64,000 nucleotides of DNA from assembly GCA_963719315.1 (NCBI GenBank), contig CAVRBU010000002.1, positions 960,001 through 1,024,000 on the forward strand, read 5' to 3'. Source of the stretch: an uncultured Planctomycetota bacterium (lineage in GTDB: Bacteria > Planctomycetota > Planctomycetia > Pirellulales > Lacipirellulaceae). Below, one piece after another: positions 10,431-20,404 of this stretch (position 1 is its first letter; each line of letters starts with the position of its first letter). A program made the translations under genes and the position numbers. Under the pieces are notes generated by a model, which ran no database searches, had not been told where the DNA came from, and worked only from the letters and a program-made list of their open reading frames with translations.

Positions 10431-11582
10431 CTATGGAGTTTTGATTGGCCGACCGGGCGTGTAGAGGCAGCAGTCGTCGGGGCATACATCGTGGCTGGGG
10501 CCGAGTGTGCCTAGCGCGAGGCGATTGGGAGTGTCGGTCATTCGTTCTTCGATCAGCTCGCGGATCATTTGTACGAATCGCGGGTGTGTGCCGACCGTGG
10601 CGGCACGCACCATGTTGATGCCGAGCGTATCGCAAAGCTGCCGGACTTCCGTGTCCAAATCAAACAGGATTTCCAAATGATCGGAAATGAATCCGATCGG
10701 CACGATGACCACATCGCGCACAGGATGACTGGGGTCGGCGGGGTGGCTGGGGTCGAGTGCCAGCGAGTCTCCAGCGGCCCCGCGAATAAACTCACCAACG
10801 TCGGGCTCCAACCACGGCTGCTGCGGCGGGCCACTGCGACTTTGATAGACCAGATGCCAAGGCGCCTTCGCGGCAGTGCGCGGGTCTCCCGGCCCCGCGC
10901 GGTACGAATTTCCGAGTCCCTCCGCCACCAATCGACACGCCTCGCGAAGCTGCTCCTCGTATCGGCAGCCGGTGGCCATTGCCGTCGGAATGCTGTGGGC
11001 GGTGAAGAGCAGCATGGCGCTGCCGCGCCGCTCGGCGGGGATTTGCTCAAATGCGGCGCGCGTTCGTTCAATCATCGGTTCGATGAAACCCGGATGATTG
11101 AAGAACACACGCAACTTATCCACCTCCGGTGGCGACAGGCCGCTCGCCTGTTGCAATTGCGCAGGCGAACCGCTCGCGACTACGGCTTGTTGGGCCGCCG
11201 CGATATTCTCCCGATACTGCCGGCAACCAGAGTAGGAGCTATAGCCGCTCGTGAAAAATGCCAGCGCCCGCCGCACGCCGTCCGCCGCCATTTGCCGCAA
11301 TGTATCGGCCAGCAGCGGATGCCAATTGCGATTCCCCCAATAAATCGGCAACTTGTGCCCATGCGCCGCCAACTCTTTTTCGAGGGCGGCGATCAGCGCC
11401 CGATTCTGATCGTTGATCGGACTCCGCCCGCCGAAGTAATGATAATGCTCCGCCACCTCCAACATCCGCTCCCGCGGCACACTTCGCCCGCGCAACACAT
11501 TCTCCAAAAACGGCAGTACATCCTCCGGACGATCGGGACCGCCGAACGAAACGAGCAGTAGTGCGTCGTACGAAGTATGCAT
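10431..11582 (-). CDS. hemH: Ferrochelatase
   Basis: LLVSFGGP, GGRSPIN, FTAHSIP, YQSRSGP..PWLEPD, PIGFISDHLEILFDLD motifs. Confidence 0.95.
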   Translation of the reverse strand: MHTSYDALLLVSFGGPDRPEDVLPFLENVLRGRSVPRERMLEVAEHYHYFGGRSPINDQNRALIAALEKELAAHGHKLPIYWGNRNWHPLLADTLRQMAADGVRRALAFFTSGYSSYSGCRQYRENIAAAQQAVVASGSPAQLQQASGLSPPEVDKLRVFFNHPGFIEPMIERTRAAFEQIPAERRGSAMLLFTAHSIPTAMATGCRYEEQLREACRLVAEGLGNSYRAGPGDPRTAAKAPWHLVYQSRSGPPQQPWLEPDVGEFIRGAAGDSLALDPSHPADPSHPVRDVVIVPIGFISDHLEILFDLDTEVRQLCDTLGINMVRAATVGTHPRFVQMIRELIEERMTDTPNRLALGTLGPSHDVCPDDCCLYTPGRPIKTP

Positions 11583-11763
11583 AGGTAGACCTAATTGCCA
11601 TAGCAGATTTCGTAAGAATTCGGTCCCGAGTGGCCTGCTCGCTCCGCAAGCAGAGTTCCTCTCGCGAAGCGAGATGCCTACACTAAGCCGGAGGCGAACT
11701 TTATCCATTCTACGATGTCTCAGGTCCGATCAAAACCGCAGGGGCAAGTGCTGCGCAAATCTC

Positions 11764-13170
11764 ATGCTTCTGACCATTTCGACCACGCACCGACCGGCAA
11801 CCGATCTCGGGCATTTACTGCACAAGAACCCTGATCGGTGCCAATCGTTCGAGTTGAGTTTCGGCAAGGCACACGTTTATTATCCCGAAGCCAGCGGGGA
11901 TCGATGTACGGCATGCCTGCTTTTGGATGTCGATCCAGTGCGGCTGGTCCGGGGCCGCGGCGATTGGCGGGGCGGCATGCTGGATCAGTACGTGAGCGAC
12001 AGGCCGTACGTGGCATCGTCCTTTATGAGCGTGGCAATCTCTCAAGTGTTCGGCACTGCACTGAGCGGTAGATCCAAGGAGCGGGCAGCATTGGTTGACG
12101 CGCCGATTCCCTTGTCGGCTCGCATCGACGTTCTTCCCGTACGTGGCGGCGAGGAGTTGTTGCAACGCGTGTTCGGACCGCTCGGCTACACCATAGCGGC
12201 CAAGCGGCACCCCTTGGATGAAAAGTTTGCCGAGTGGGGAGAGAGCCCGTTTTTTACCGTTGAGTTGCAGCAGACGACGACGGTCTCGCAACTGTTGCAG
12301 CACTTGTACGTACTCATTCCCGTGTTCGATTTGCGGAAGCATTATTACATCGGCCAGGACGAAGTCGAAAAGTTGCTGGGCAAAGGCGGCGCATGGCTGG
12401 TCGATCATCCGGAACGCGAGTTAATTACGCACCGCTACTTAGGCAGGCAACGCGGCCTAGCACGGCAGGCGCTCGCCCGATTAGTGGCAGAAGACGAACC
12501 TAGCGAGCTGGATGATGACTCGGACAATACACCGGCAGAGGCTGAGACCACCGAGCGCGATTTATCGCTTCACGAACAGCGGCTCGGCGCGGTGCTTGCC
12601 GCGATTCGGGCCTCCGGCGCCCGCACGGTCGTTGATCTGGGATGCGGCGAAGGAAAGCTGCTCCGCCAGCTGCTAGCCGATCGACAGTTCACCAGCATTT
12701 TGGGCGTAGACGTTGCAATCCGTTCACTGGAAATCGCCGCCCGGCGGCTGAAATTCGACTGGATGCCGCCGATGCAACGGGAGCGGATCGTCCTACACCA
12801 CGGCGCGCTCACGTATCGTGACGAAAAACTGGCCGGTTTCGACGCGGCCGCGATCGTCGAGGTTATTGAGCACCTCGACCCAGCCCGACTCTCGGCATTC
12901 GAGCGCGTCGTGTTCCAACATGCCCGACCGCGAACGGTCGTCCTTACGACGCCGAATCGCGAATACAACATGATGTGGGAAACGCTGCCCGCCGGTCAAA
13001 TGCGGCACGGCGATCACCGATTTGAATGGACCCGCGCCGAGTTTCAGTCTTGGGCGAGCAGCGTGGGCCGGCGATTTGGATACTCGGTGCGATTCTTATC
13101 CGTCGGTCCGGAAGACGCAGTGGTCGGAGCACCGTCACAGATGTGCATATTCGATTTGTTGACAGTTTGA
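11764..13170 (+). CDS. hen1: 3'-terminal RNA ribose 2'-O-methyltransferase Hen1
   Basis: MLLTISTTHRPATDLGHLLHKNP N-terminus; VDLGCGEGKLL SAM motif; EVIEHLD; TTPNREYN; RHGDHRFEWTRAEF. Confidence 0.95.
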   Translation: MLLTISTTHRPATDLGHLLHKNPDRCQSFELSFGKAHVYYPEASGDRCTACLLLDVDPVRLVRGRGDWRGGMLDQYVSDRPYVASSFMSVAISQVFGTALSGRSKERAALVDAPIPLSARIDVLPVRGGEELLQRVFGPLGYTIAAKRHPLDEKFAEWGESPFFTVELQQTTTVSQLLQHLYVLIPVFDLRKHYYIGQDEVEKLLGKGGAWLVDHPERELITHRYLGRQRGLARQALARLVAEDEPSELDDDSDNTPAEAETTERDLSLHEQRLGAVLAAIRASGARTVVDLGCGEGKLLRQLLADRQFTSILGVDVAIRSLEIAARRLKFDWMPPMQRERIVLHHGALTYRDEKLAGFDAAAIVEVIEHLDPARLSAFERVVFQHARPRTVVLTTPNREYNMMWETLPAGQMRHGDHRFEWTRAEFQSWASSVGRRFGYSVRFLSVGPEDAVVGAPSQMCIFDLLTV

Positions 13171-13629
13171 AGAGGGTCGGTCTAAATCCGGCTATTGGTT
13201 TCGCACCATGAACCTTTCGATTCCCAACCTGTCGCTCGTTGTCCTCATCGGCCCTAGCGGTGCCGGCAAGAGCACGTTTGCGCGGAAGCATTTTTTGCCG
13301 ACAGAGGTGTTATCGAGCGATTTTTGCCGTGGATTGGTGAGCGATGATGAGAACAGCCAGGCGGCCACGCGCGATGCGTTTGAAGTGTTGCACTACATCG
13401 CAGCCAAGCGTCTGTCGGCCGGGCGGTTAACTGTGATCGATGCCACGAATGTTCAGCGCGAATCGCGGCAACCACTGGTGACGCTGGCTCGCGAATATCA
13501 CATGTTGCCAGTGGCGATCGTGTTCAATTTAAAGGACGACGTTTGCCATGAGAGAAACCGAGGGCGGGCGGATCGCAACTTCGGCGAGCATGTGATCCGG
13601 CAGCAGCGGTCGCAGCTGCGGCGGTCTAT

Positions 13630-15185
13630 CAGCCTGTTGAAGAAGTTGGTATTTGGTGATTTTAGGCAGCCAACGCGAGCGGTTGGTTGATGGTTGATTT
13701 TTGTCGGCCGGTCGGCGGCGTGGGCGTCAGCAGACGCTCCAGCGCGGCCAGGGTGTTAAACAACACAACATGCAAGGCGTCGGCAAGCCCGCCGTTCCCT
13801 TGCAGGCTCCTGGCCGTGCCGATTCCGAACAAGTGGCGCAGGACGAGGCCCAGATTGCGTGCCATGGCCGACGTCAGGTATCGCTTTCTCACTTTCTCGA
13901 TACCATGCAGCCACGTTCGCCGACTGCCGCCCGTCTCGCAGACGTGGGCGAAACTCCGCTCGACCTTCTCACTCCTCTCGCGCTGTAGAGCACGTCCTCG
14001 CTTTCCTTTGACCCGGCGGCGGTTGCCCGTCACCGCCCGACGCTCTTCGTCCGCTTTGTTTTTCCAATTGCGACGATGCGCGTGCTGTGGTTCGGCGATG
14101 TACGTTCGTAGACCCTCGGTGAATTCCAATTCGGCCAGCGTCTCGTTCCCCGAGTAGCCTTTGTCCGCCACCGTCTCCTCGATGTCCGCGTCGCTGTCGG
14201 CTTGAATCAAGTTGTCTTGCGCTTGGCTGAGGCTCGGGCCGATCGTGTCCACGTCGGCCGCGTTGGCGTGATAGATCTCGGCCGCCAGGATCAGCTCCGT
14301 GTCCAGATCGACGACGTGTTCGGCCTTGTAGGCCAGATGCGTGCGGCCGTCCTTCATCCGGGTGATCCGGCTGTCTGGGTCGGTTTCGCTCTGCCATTCT
14401 TGGTTCGAGACCTTTTTGTCCTTGCGCTGGCGATCGAACCGAGCAATCTCCTCGGCTGAGGGTTCGTCGCCCGGCTCGATCTGGCCTGCTTCCTGCATCA
14501 GACGCCGAACATACTCCTGCCAGTCCTCGCCCGTGTCGCGCCTGACGATGCTCTTCATGGCCGCGTCGGCCTCCAGGGTCGTGGCGTCGACGCCCACCGT
14601 CTTGCCGGCGAGCAGGCCTTGCTGCTCAGCCACCTCGAGCACGAAGCAGAATACTTGCCGATGAACCGACAACGGCAGTCGGTCGCGGACCCGCGTCAGG
14701 CTCGAATGGTCAGGCGTCTCTTCGCCGAGCGGGACGCCCAGAAATTCTCGCAAGCTGAGACTGTCGGCACACCGCCAGGCGATGCCCCGCTGCGAGCCGA
14801 GGCCCTCGAAGTAGCCCACCAACAGCATCCGGAAGTAGACGCCCGGCGGAATGCCGGGCCGCCCCATCGTTTCGTGATAGTACGGCTCACAGAGCCTTTC
14901 GACGAACTCGTCGAAGCCGGCTGCTCGCAGCAATTGATTGAGCTTGCCGTAAAACACTTGCCCTTCCGACCGCGGCAACTGGTCCACCGGGATCCAGAAG
15001 GACGACTGCTGCTCTTGGTTGCGGTGTCCCAACGCCATCCGTGATCTCCTCAATTCGGCTCTGCGGATGCCTGAGCAAAACAATAATCGCTCTTACACTG
15101 GCATCCACGCCAACCGCAGGCGACAATTTAGCGCCATGCCGTCGTTAGCGAAAGTCTATCCAAAGGAGACTTCTTCAACAGGCTG
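13630..15185 (-). mobile_element. IS1182-family insertion sequence, complete
   Basis: Perfect 17-bp terminal inverted repeats CAGCCTGTTGAAGAAGT (13630-13646 / 15169-15185); 4-bp target duplication CTAT (13626-13629, 15186-15189). Confidence 0.92.
13662..15038 (-). CDS. IS1182-family DDE transposase
   Basis: GRPGIPPGVYFRMLLVGYFEG (DUF772-like), TPDHSSLTR, VDATTLEADA, VADKGY, R..KVERSFAH. Confidence 0.9.
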   Translation of the reverse strand: MALGHRNQEQQSSFWIPVDQLPRSEGQVFYGKLNQLLRAAGFDEFVERLCEPYYHETMGRPGIPPGVYFRMLLVGYFEGLGSQRGIAWRCADSLSLREFLGVPLGEETPDHSSLTRVRDRLPLSVHRQVFCFVLEVAEQQGLLAGKTVGVDATTLEADAAMKSIVRRDTGEDWQEYVRRLMQEAGQIEPGDEPSAEEIARFDRQRKDKKVSNQEWQSETDPDSRITRMKDGRTHLAYKAEHVVDLDTELILAAEIYHANAADVDTIGPSLSQAQDNLIQADSDADIEETVADKGYSGNETLAELEFTEGLRTYIAEPQHAHRRNWKNKADEERRAVTGNRRRVKGKRGRALQRERSEKVERSFAHVCETGGSRRTWLHGIEKVRKRYLTSAMARNLGLVLRHLFGIGTARSLQGNGGLADALHVVLFNTLAALERLLTPTPPTGRQKSTINQPLALAA

Positions 15186-17380
15186 CTATACGAGGCCTGA
15201 AACGCGAAGGTTTTCGCTATGTTTTCATTCTTGATTCGCCCGACGAAGTCGATGCGGTGACAATTGATCGGACACCGCTTTGGAACAATCGCCGCCACGA
15301 GCATGGGCCATTCGACTTTATCGGCGACGTACATGGCTGTGCCGACGAATTGGAGGAATTGCTAACGTCTCTCGGCTACCAACGAATTGTTGGCGAAGGC
15401 AATGCGCCCGGATGGAGCGATATTTGCTATATCCATCCGTCGGGGCGCAAAGCAGTGTTTGTCGGCGATCTTGTTGATCGGGGACCGCGGATTCTGGACG
15501 CGGTAAGTATCGTTCGAAATATGATGACGGCTGGCTCGGCACTGTGCGTGCCTGGCAACCACGACATGAAACTCCACAAAAAGCTGAGCGGTAAGAACGT
15601 GAAGGTCAGCCACGGACTGGCCGAAACACTGGCAGAGATCGACGTTTTGCCAGAGTCGGCCCGTCCAACATTCTGTAAGGAAGCGGCCAATTTCATCGAC
15701 GGTCTGGTGAGTCATTACGTTCTTGATGATGGCCGAATAGTCGTTGCCCATGCGGGGATGAAAGAATCGATGCAGGGCCGCGGATCGGGCAAGGTTCGCG
15801 AGTTCGCGCTGTACGGAGAAACGACCGGCGAGACCGACGAATTTGGCTTGCCTGTCCGCCACAATTGGGCGGCCGAATATCGCGGTGACGCGATGGTCGT
15901 GTACGGACACACGCCGGTGCCGCAACCCGAGTGGCTCAACAAGACAGTCAACATCGATACCGGCTGCGTGTTCGGAGGAGCGCTTACGGCGCTGCGTTAT
16001 CCGGAGCAGGAATTCGTTCACGTCAAATCGAAGCGGACGTACTGCGAGCCGGCGCGTCCCTTTTTGGCGGACGAACAAAAGTCCCCCGCGCTGTCGTCGC
16101 AGCATGTACTCGACGACCTGCTCGATATTGCCGATGTGACAGGCAAGCGAATCATCTCCACACGACTGCGGCATAACGTAACGATCCGCGCCGAAAACAG
16201 CATTGCCGCCTTAGAGGTAATGAGCCGGTTCGCGGCCAACCCGAAGTGGCTCGTGTATCTGCCGCCCACGATGTCGCCCTCGGAAACGACCGGTCGTGAG
16301 GGGTTTTTGGAGCACCCAGAAGAAGCATTCGGCTACTTCCGCAGCCAGGGCGTGCCGCACGTCGTGTGCGAGGAAAAGCACATGGGCTCGCGGGCAGTCG
16401 TCGTGGTTTGTCGCGATGAAAGGGCGGCCCGCACGCGGTTCGGCGTGGAAGGCGAGACGGGAATCGTAGTCACTCGCACGGGTCGTCGATTTTTCAATGA
16501 TACGGTGCTGGAGATTTCCCTGCTCGACCGCGTGCGCTCAGCGATCGATTCCGTCGGCTTGTGGGGCGAGCTCGCGACCGACTTCGTCATCCTTGATTGC
16601 GAATTGATGCCCTGGTCGGCGAAGGCGCAGGAGTTACTTCGATCACAATACGCCGCGGTGGGCGCGGCGGCCAACGCTGCCCTACCGCCGGTGCTCGAAT
16701 CGATCCGGGACGCTGTCGCGCGGGTTGGGGGCAGTGAATCGCAAAAGCTGAATGAATTGCTAACTGAGTTTCAATATCGCCGCGAAATGGCTCAGCAATT
16801 CGTTGCAGCTTATCGCTACTACTGCTGGCCGGTCATAACACTCGATGACTTTAAGCTGGCTCCGTTTCATCTGCTGGCCACAGAAGGCCGCGTGCATGTG
16901 GGACAGAATCACCAGTGGCATATGGAAACGCTGGCCCGCGTATGTGTTGCCGACCCGCAACTACTTCTCGCCACGCCATTTCGCCTGATCGACGTAACGA
17001 ATCTCGACGAAGTCGATCAGGCCATCGAATGGTGGACCGAGCTTACCGGGCGCGGTGGCGAAGGAATGGTCGTTAAGCCGCTCGACTTCATTGCCAAGGG
17101 AAACAAGGGATTAATCCAGCCCGCAGTGAAATGCCGGGGCCGCGAATACTTACGAATAATCTATGGACCGGATTATACGAGCGAAGCGAACCTATCGCGG
17201 TTGCGTAGTCGCGGGCTCGCGTCGAAGCGTTCGCTCGCACTACGCGAATTCGCACTGGGAGTAGAGGGGCTGGAGCGATTTATACGCCGCGAGCCTTTGC
17301 GACGGATACACGAATGCGTATTCGGAGTCTTGGCGCTCGAGAGCGAGCCGGTAGACCCGCGGCTTTGACAAAAACCAAAT

Positions 17381-17453
17381 TGACCCCAACGGGACTCGAA
17401 CCCGTGTTACCGGCGTGAAAGGCCGGTGTCCTAGACCGCTAGACGATGGGGCC
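17381..17453 (-). tRNA. tRNA-Glu (TTC)
   Basis: GGCCCCATCGTCTAGCGGTCTAGGACACCGGCCTTTCACGCCGGTAACACGGGTTCGAGTCCCGTTGGGGTCA folds as a cloverleaf, anticodon TTC; CCA not encoded. Confidence 0.97.
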
Positions 17454-17841
17454 AGCGCGTACCAACGCCGGGCGTCCGTCGGAGGATTTTTCCGGGACCA
17501 TCGTCCGGCCGCTCTCAAGGAGCGGTCGGAGCTTCGCGGCGAATAGTCTAAGCGTTGTTAGCTGTATATGGTTACAACCGGCCATCGTCAAGACAATCGG
17601 TCCGCAGATGGTATTTTTTGCGGCTTGGTGGAAATAAAATCGGGAACGCCTCCCGCGTTGGTACACACAATACCAAGCCGACGAACTTAATTGCACAAAA
17701 GCTCAGAAACGCACATTCGCCGAATGTGCATGAAGTAGAAGTGGAGCAGTTCAGACCGATGCGAGAAGAGTGCTAGCGACGATCAATAAGCAAAAACAGA
17801 AGAGGAGTGCGATAATTCAGCGGTTCGGAGCGAATTATCGT

Positions 17842-18060
17842 TTAGCCGGCGGCGTTCGTGCCGTCGTTCTGAGCAACCGTCTCGTCGGGCTTCACCTGGT
17901 TGCGGCGAATTGCTTCATACACTTCATTACGATGCACAGGCACTTCCTTGGGGGCTTCTACTCCAAGGCGAACCTTGTCGCCGCGGATTTCTACGACGAC
18001 GATCGTAATATCATCATTGATAATGATACTCTCGTTCTTTTTCCGTGACAGAACTAACAT
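17842..18060 (-). CDS. csrA: Carbon storage regulator CsrA
   Basis: MLVLSRKKNESIIINDDITIVVVEIRGDKVRLGVEAPKEVPVHRNEVY. Confidence 0.97.
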   Translation of the reverse strand: MLVLSRKKNESIIINDDITIVVVEIRGDKVRLGVEAPKEVPVHRNEVYEAIRRNQVKPDETVAQNDGTNAAG

Positions 18061-18869
18061 GCTCGATTCCTTCCAGAGGCACGTCCGTACGTTGAGCAAA
18101 CCATCTTCAATCGCACGCGACTGGCAATCACACCCTGGGCCTGCGGCCCTAGTTTTTACGGGATGTAGCCACCTGCTGCGCAGACGACCCCTTCAATCCA
18201 CTCTACGTGGTGTCGGGCGCTAGTCAAGGAAAGTTAAGCGTCGAAAACGCAGTTTTTCGCTGCCGATGCTTGCATTTGGCATGAGATTTGGGGGATTGTG
18301 CGGCTCTCGCATGGATACAAGGGCACCGGCTGAGCGACCCGATGACGGGACACCGGCGTCGCTAAGTCCTTTTGTGAATACAACATAGGAATGGATTGGG
18401 GTATTTCCAGAGGGTGAACGCGTGAGGTCTTTTTGTGGGGGCCCGGCATTGCCGCATAAGGTGGGGCTAGTTTTACTGATTTATTGAATTGGAGGGGTCT
18501 TTTCGCCGCAAAAACACGACATTTTGGCAACCGAGCCCAGCTTTGAGCATCGGCGGCCTCGATGGCGGCGTGGGTAGCAAATGCTCCTGGCTGGGATCGT
18601 CCGATTGCACGGTCGAAAAAAATTTCGCGGTCGGCGTAGCTTCCACCACATATACACAGAGCACCGCGCCGGAGTTGCAGAAGGCATGAGGGGGCACGAT
18701 GAGTGAAAAACGGTCACATGCTCAGTCCCTATCGAGCATGCGAATAGTCGCGGGCGTTGACACAATAGATTTTCTACGGTACTCCGTCACTAACTTGTCG
18801 ACTATTGTGCATGTTGGAAATCTTTCGCTCAAATGCTACAATAAATCTGCATCCAAGTGTGTCCAATCC

Positions 18870-19118
18870 ATATCCACCGTCGACTACCCACTGGTCCACG
18901 ACGATTTCGTCAATCTACTGGTGCGGACCGCCAATTCTAACGAAGTGCTTTCTCATTTCAGCTTTCAGGCCATAAACAGCAGCGCTCGGATGACTTGGTT
19001 GCCAAGAATCGAAAAGGCGCTCTCTCGCCGCAAGAATCGGCCGAGTTGGATACGTTCGAGCACTTTGAGCAATATGATCCGCTTGCTTAAGGCTCGTGTG
19101 TGGGAGAATCAGAGGTAG
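18870..19118 (+). pseudogene. Degraded small helical gene upstream of HNH nuclease
   Basis: Pieces in different frames: VHDDFVNLLV..NEVLS / FQLSGHKQQRSDDLVAKNRKGALSPQESAELDTFEHFE / MIRLLKARV. Confidence 0.45.
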
Positions 19119-19520
19119 TGACCAGGTGCTCAGTCGCGGTGCGTCGCGAAATTGTTCGGCGCGGCGGCGATCGGTGCGAGTTTTGTCTCATCCACCAAAC
19201 AGATACAGCGTCGCGGCATCAGGTTGATCGTGTCGTCGCTGAGAAGCACGGCGGGCAGACGATGCTCGACATCTCGCAATCTCATGTCTGCCCTGCAATC
19301 GACGCAAATCCAGCGACATTGGCGCTGTAGATCCTCAATCGGGAGAATTTGTTCGCCCATTTCACCCACGTCGCCAGGTGTGGTCCGAGCATTTTCACAA
19401 TATGGGGGCTCAAATAGTTGGCCTGACACAGGAAAGCCGGGCAACCGCTAAATTCCTTCGGCTCAATACACCGGAGCGCTTGCAGGAACGCATTGATCTG
19501 ATTCGGCTCGGGAGTTGGCC
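19118..19520 (+). pseudogene. HNH endonuclease, frameshifted
   Basis: RCEFCLIHQ...HQVDRVVAEKHGGQT then, after a shift, CLPCNRRKSSDIGAVDPQSGEFVRPFHPRRQVWSEHF...GAQIVGLT...RATAKFLRLN..ER. Confidence 0.7.
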
Positions 19521-19614
19521 AAAATAACGGTTTCGTTCGCGCCGCTACCTTACCGTCTCAGCACACTATTAGGCGGGTCGGCGGTGGCACACGTGGGCAG
19601 CCCCGAACGGCGCG

Positions 19615-19905
19615 TTAGCTTCGGCCGAACTTGTGGCCGCAGGAACAAGAATCTCGGCCGACGTGGACCTGGGTGCCGCACTTCGGGCAGCGTTTCTTCC
19701 AGTTCTTAGTGCTCTTTTCGACGGGCTTCTTCAGCTTGGCTTCGGACGATTTCGCAGCCCGTAGACGAACTATCCGGGGCTCGTCCGCTTGCTGAATCGC
19801 GCATTGCGGATGGATGCCGCCCAGCGAATAGGCGGGCTTTCCGCAGACCGGGCAGAGGTTTTTCGGCGGCGGCGGAACGATGACGGCGGACTTTTCGCTA
19901 CTCAT
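19615..19905 (-). CDS. Small basic zinc-ribbon protein
   Basis: CPVCGKPAYSLGGIHPQC and CPKCGTQVHVGRDSCSCGH metal-binding motifs. Confidence 0.65.
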   Translation of the reverse strand: MSSEKSAVIVPPPPKNLCPVCGKPAYSLGGIHPQCAIQQADEPRIVRLRAAKSSEAKLKKPVEKSTKNWKKRCPKCGTQVHVGRDSCSCGHKFGRS

Positions 19906-20404
19906 GGGTTTCCAATCGTGGAAGCGTCGTTGTCGAATTGGTTGTGATGGCGAATGACGCCACCGCGGTCCACACAACTTCACTCCGGCAAAAAAAGTCC
20001 TCTGCGAGGACCAAGTCGACCCGATACGGCTTCCCGGGTCGCGACGAAAGGGACCAACGTGGTGGTCCACCAAGTGGGCCGGCGAAAGAGAAAGAGCAGG
20101 CCGATAGCGGGAAATGCGTGCTGCGATCAGGTCGTCTAACCAACTACGTTCCAGTATAGCAGGTTTTGCGACCGACGGACAGCGCCTTGCCTTCATTTGA
20201 ACCAAATGTAATTTAGCCTGCCAAGTAGATTATAACGCCGAACATCGACAAATCGTGCAATTCTTTGCGGATTGTTGGTTCTGCTAATCATGATTGCGGA
20301 GCGTTCGATCTGTCGAAGGCCCCTCGGAGGCCGATAGGATGTTGCAACACCTAAGCATCATCGGGCGTCGGAGACGCCTCTCACGGAGAAATCGCTGCTT
20401 CCAC

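Larger units (their letters stand above)
13208..17368 (+). pseudogene. pnkp: Polynucleotide kinase-phosphatase-ligase Pnkp interrupted by IS at codon ~141
   Basis: Kinase P-loop GPSGAGKST (13208-13629); phosphoesterase GDVHG, GDLVDRG, GNHD, YGHTP and ligase EEKHMGSR, EGMVVKP (15190-17368); removing the IS and one CTAT restores ...LRRSIRGLKREGFRYVFIL... in frame. Confidence 0.92.

Noticed and set aside
10488..10510. GTGGCTGGGGCCGAG near the hemH 3' end as a fourth REP insert
   Set aside because: It encodes GTLGPSHD, which looks like ordinary C-terminal HemH sequence, and it has no hairpin partner
11590..11760. Duplicated tRNA-Glu 3' end (att) on the far side of hen1-pnkp
   Set aside because: No copy of TGACCCCAACGGGACTCGAAC found there
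18100..18900. Long gene-poor stretch upstream of csrA as oriC or a CsrB-like sRNA
   Set aside because: No good TTATCCACA box cluster and no dense GGA hairpin array; only scattered partial matches
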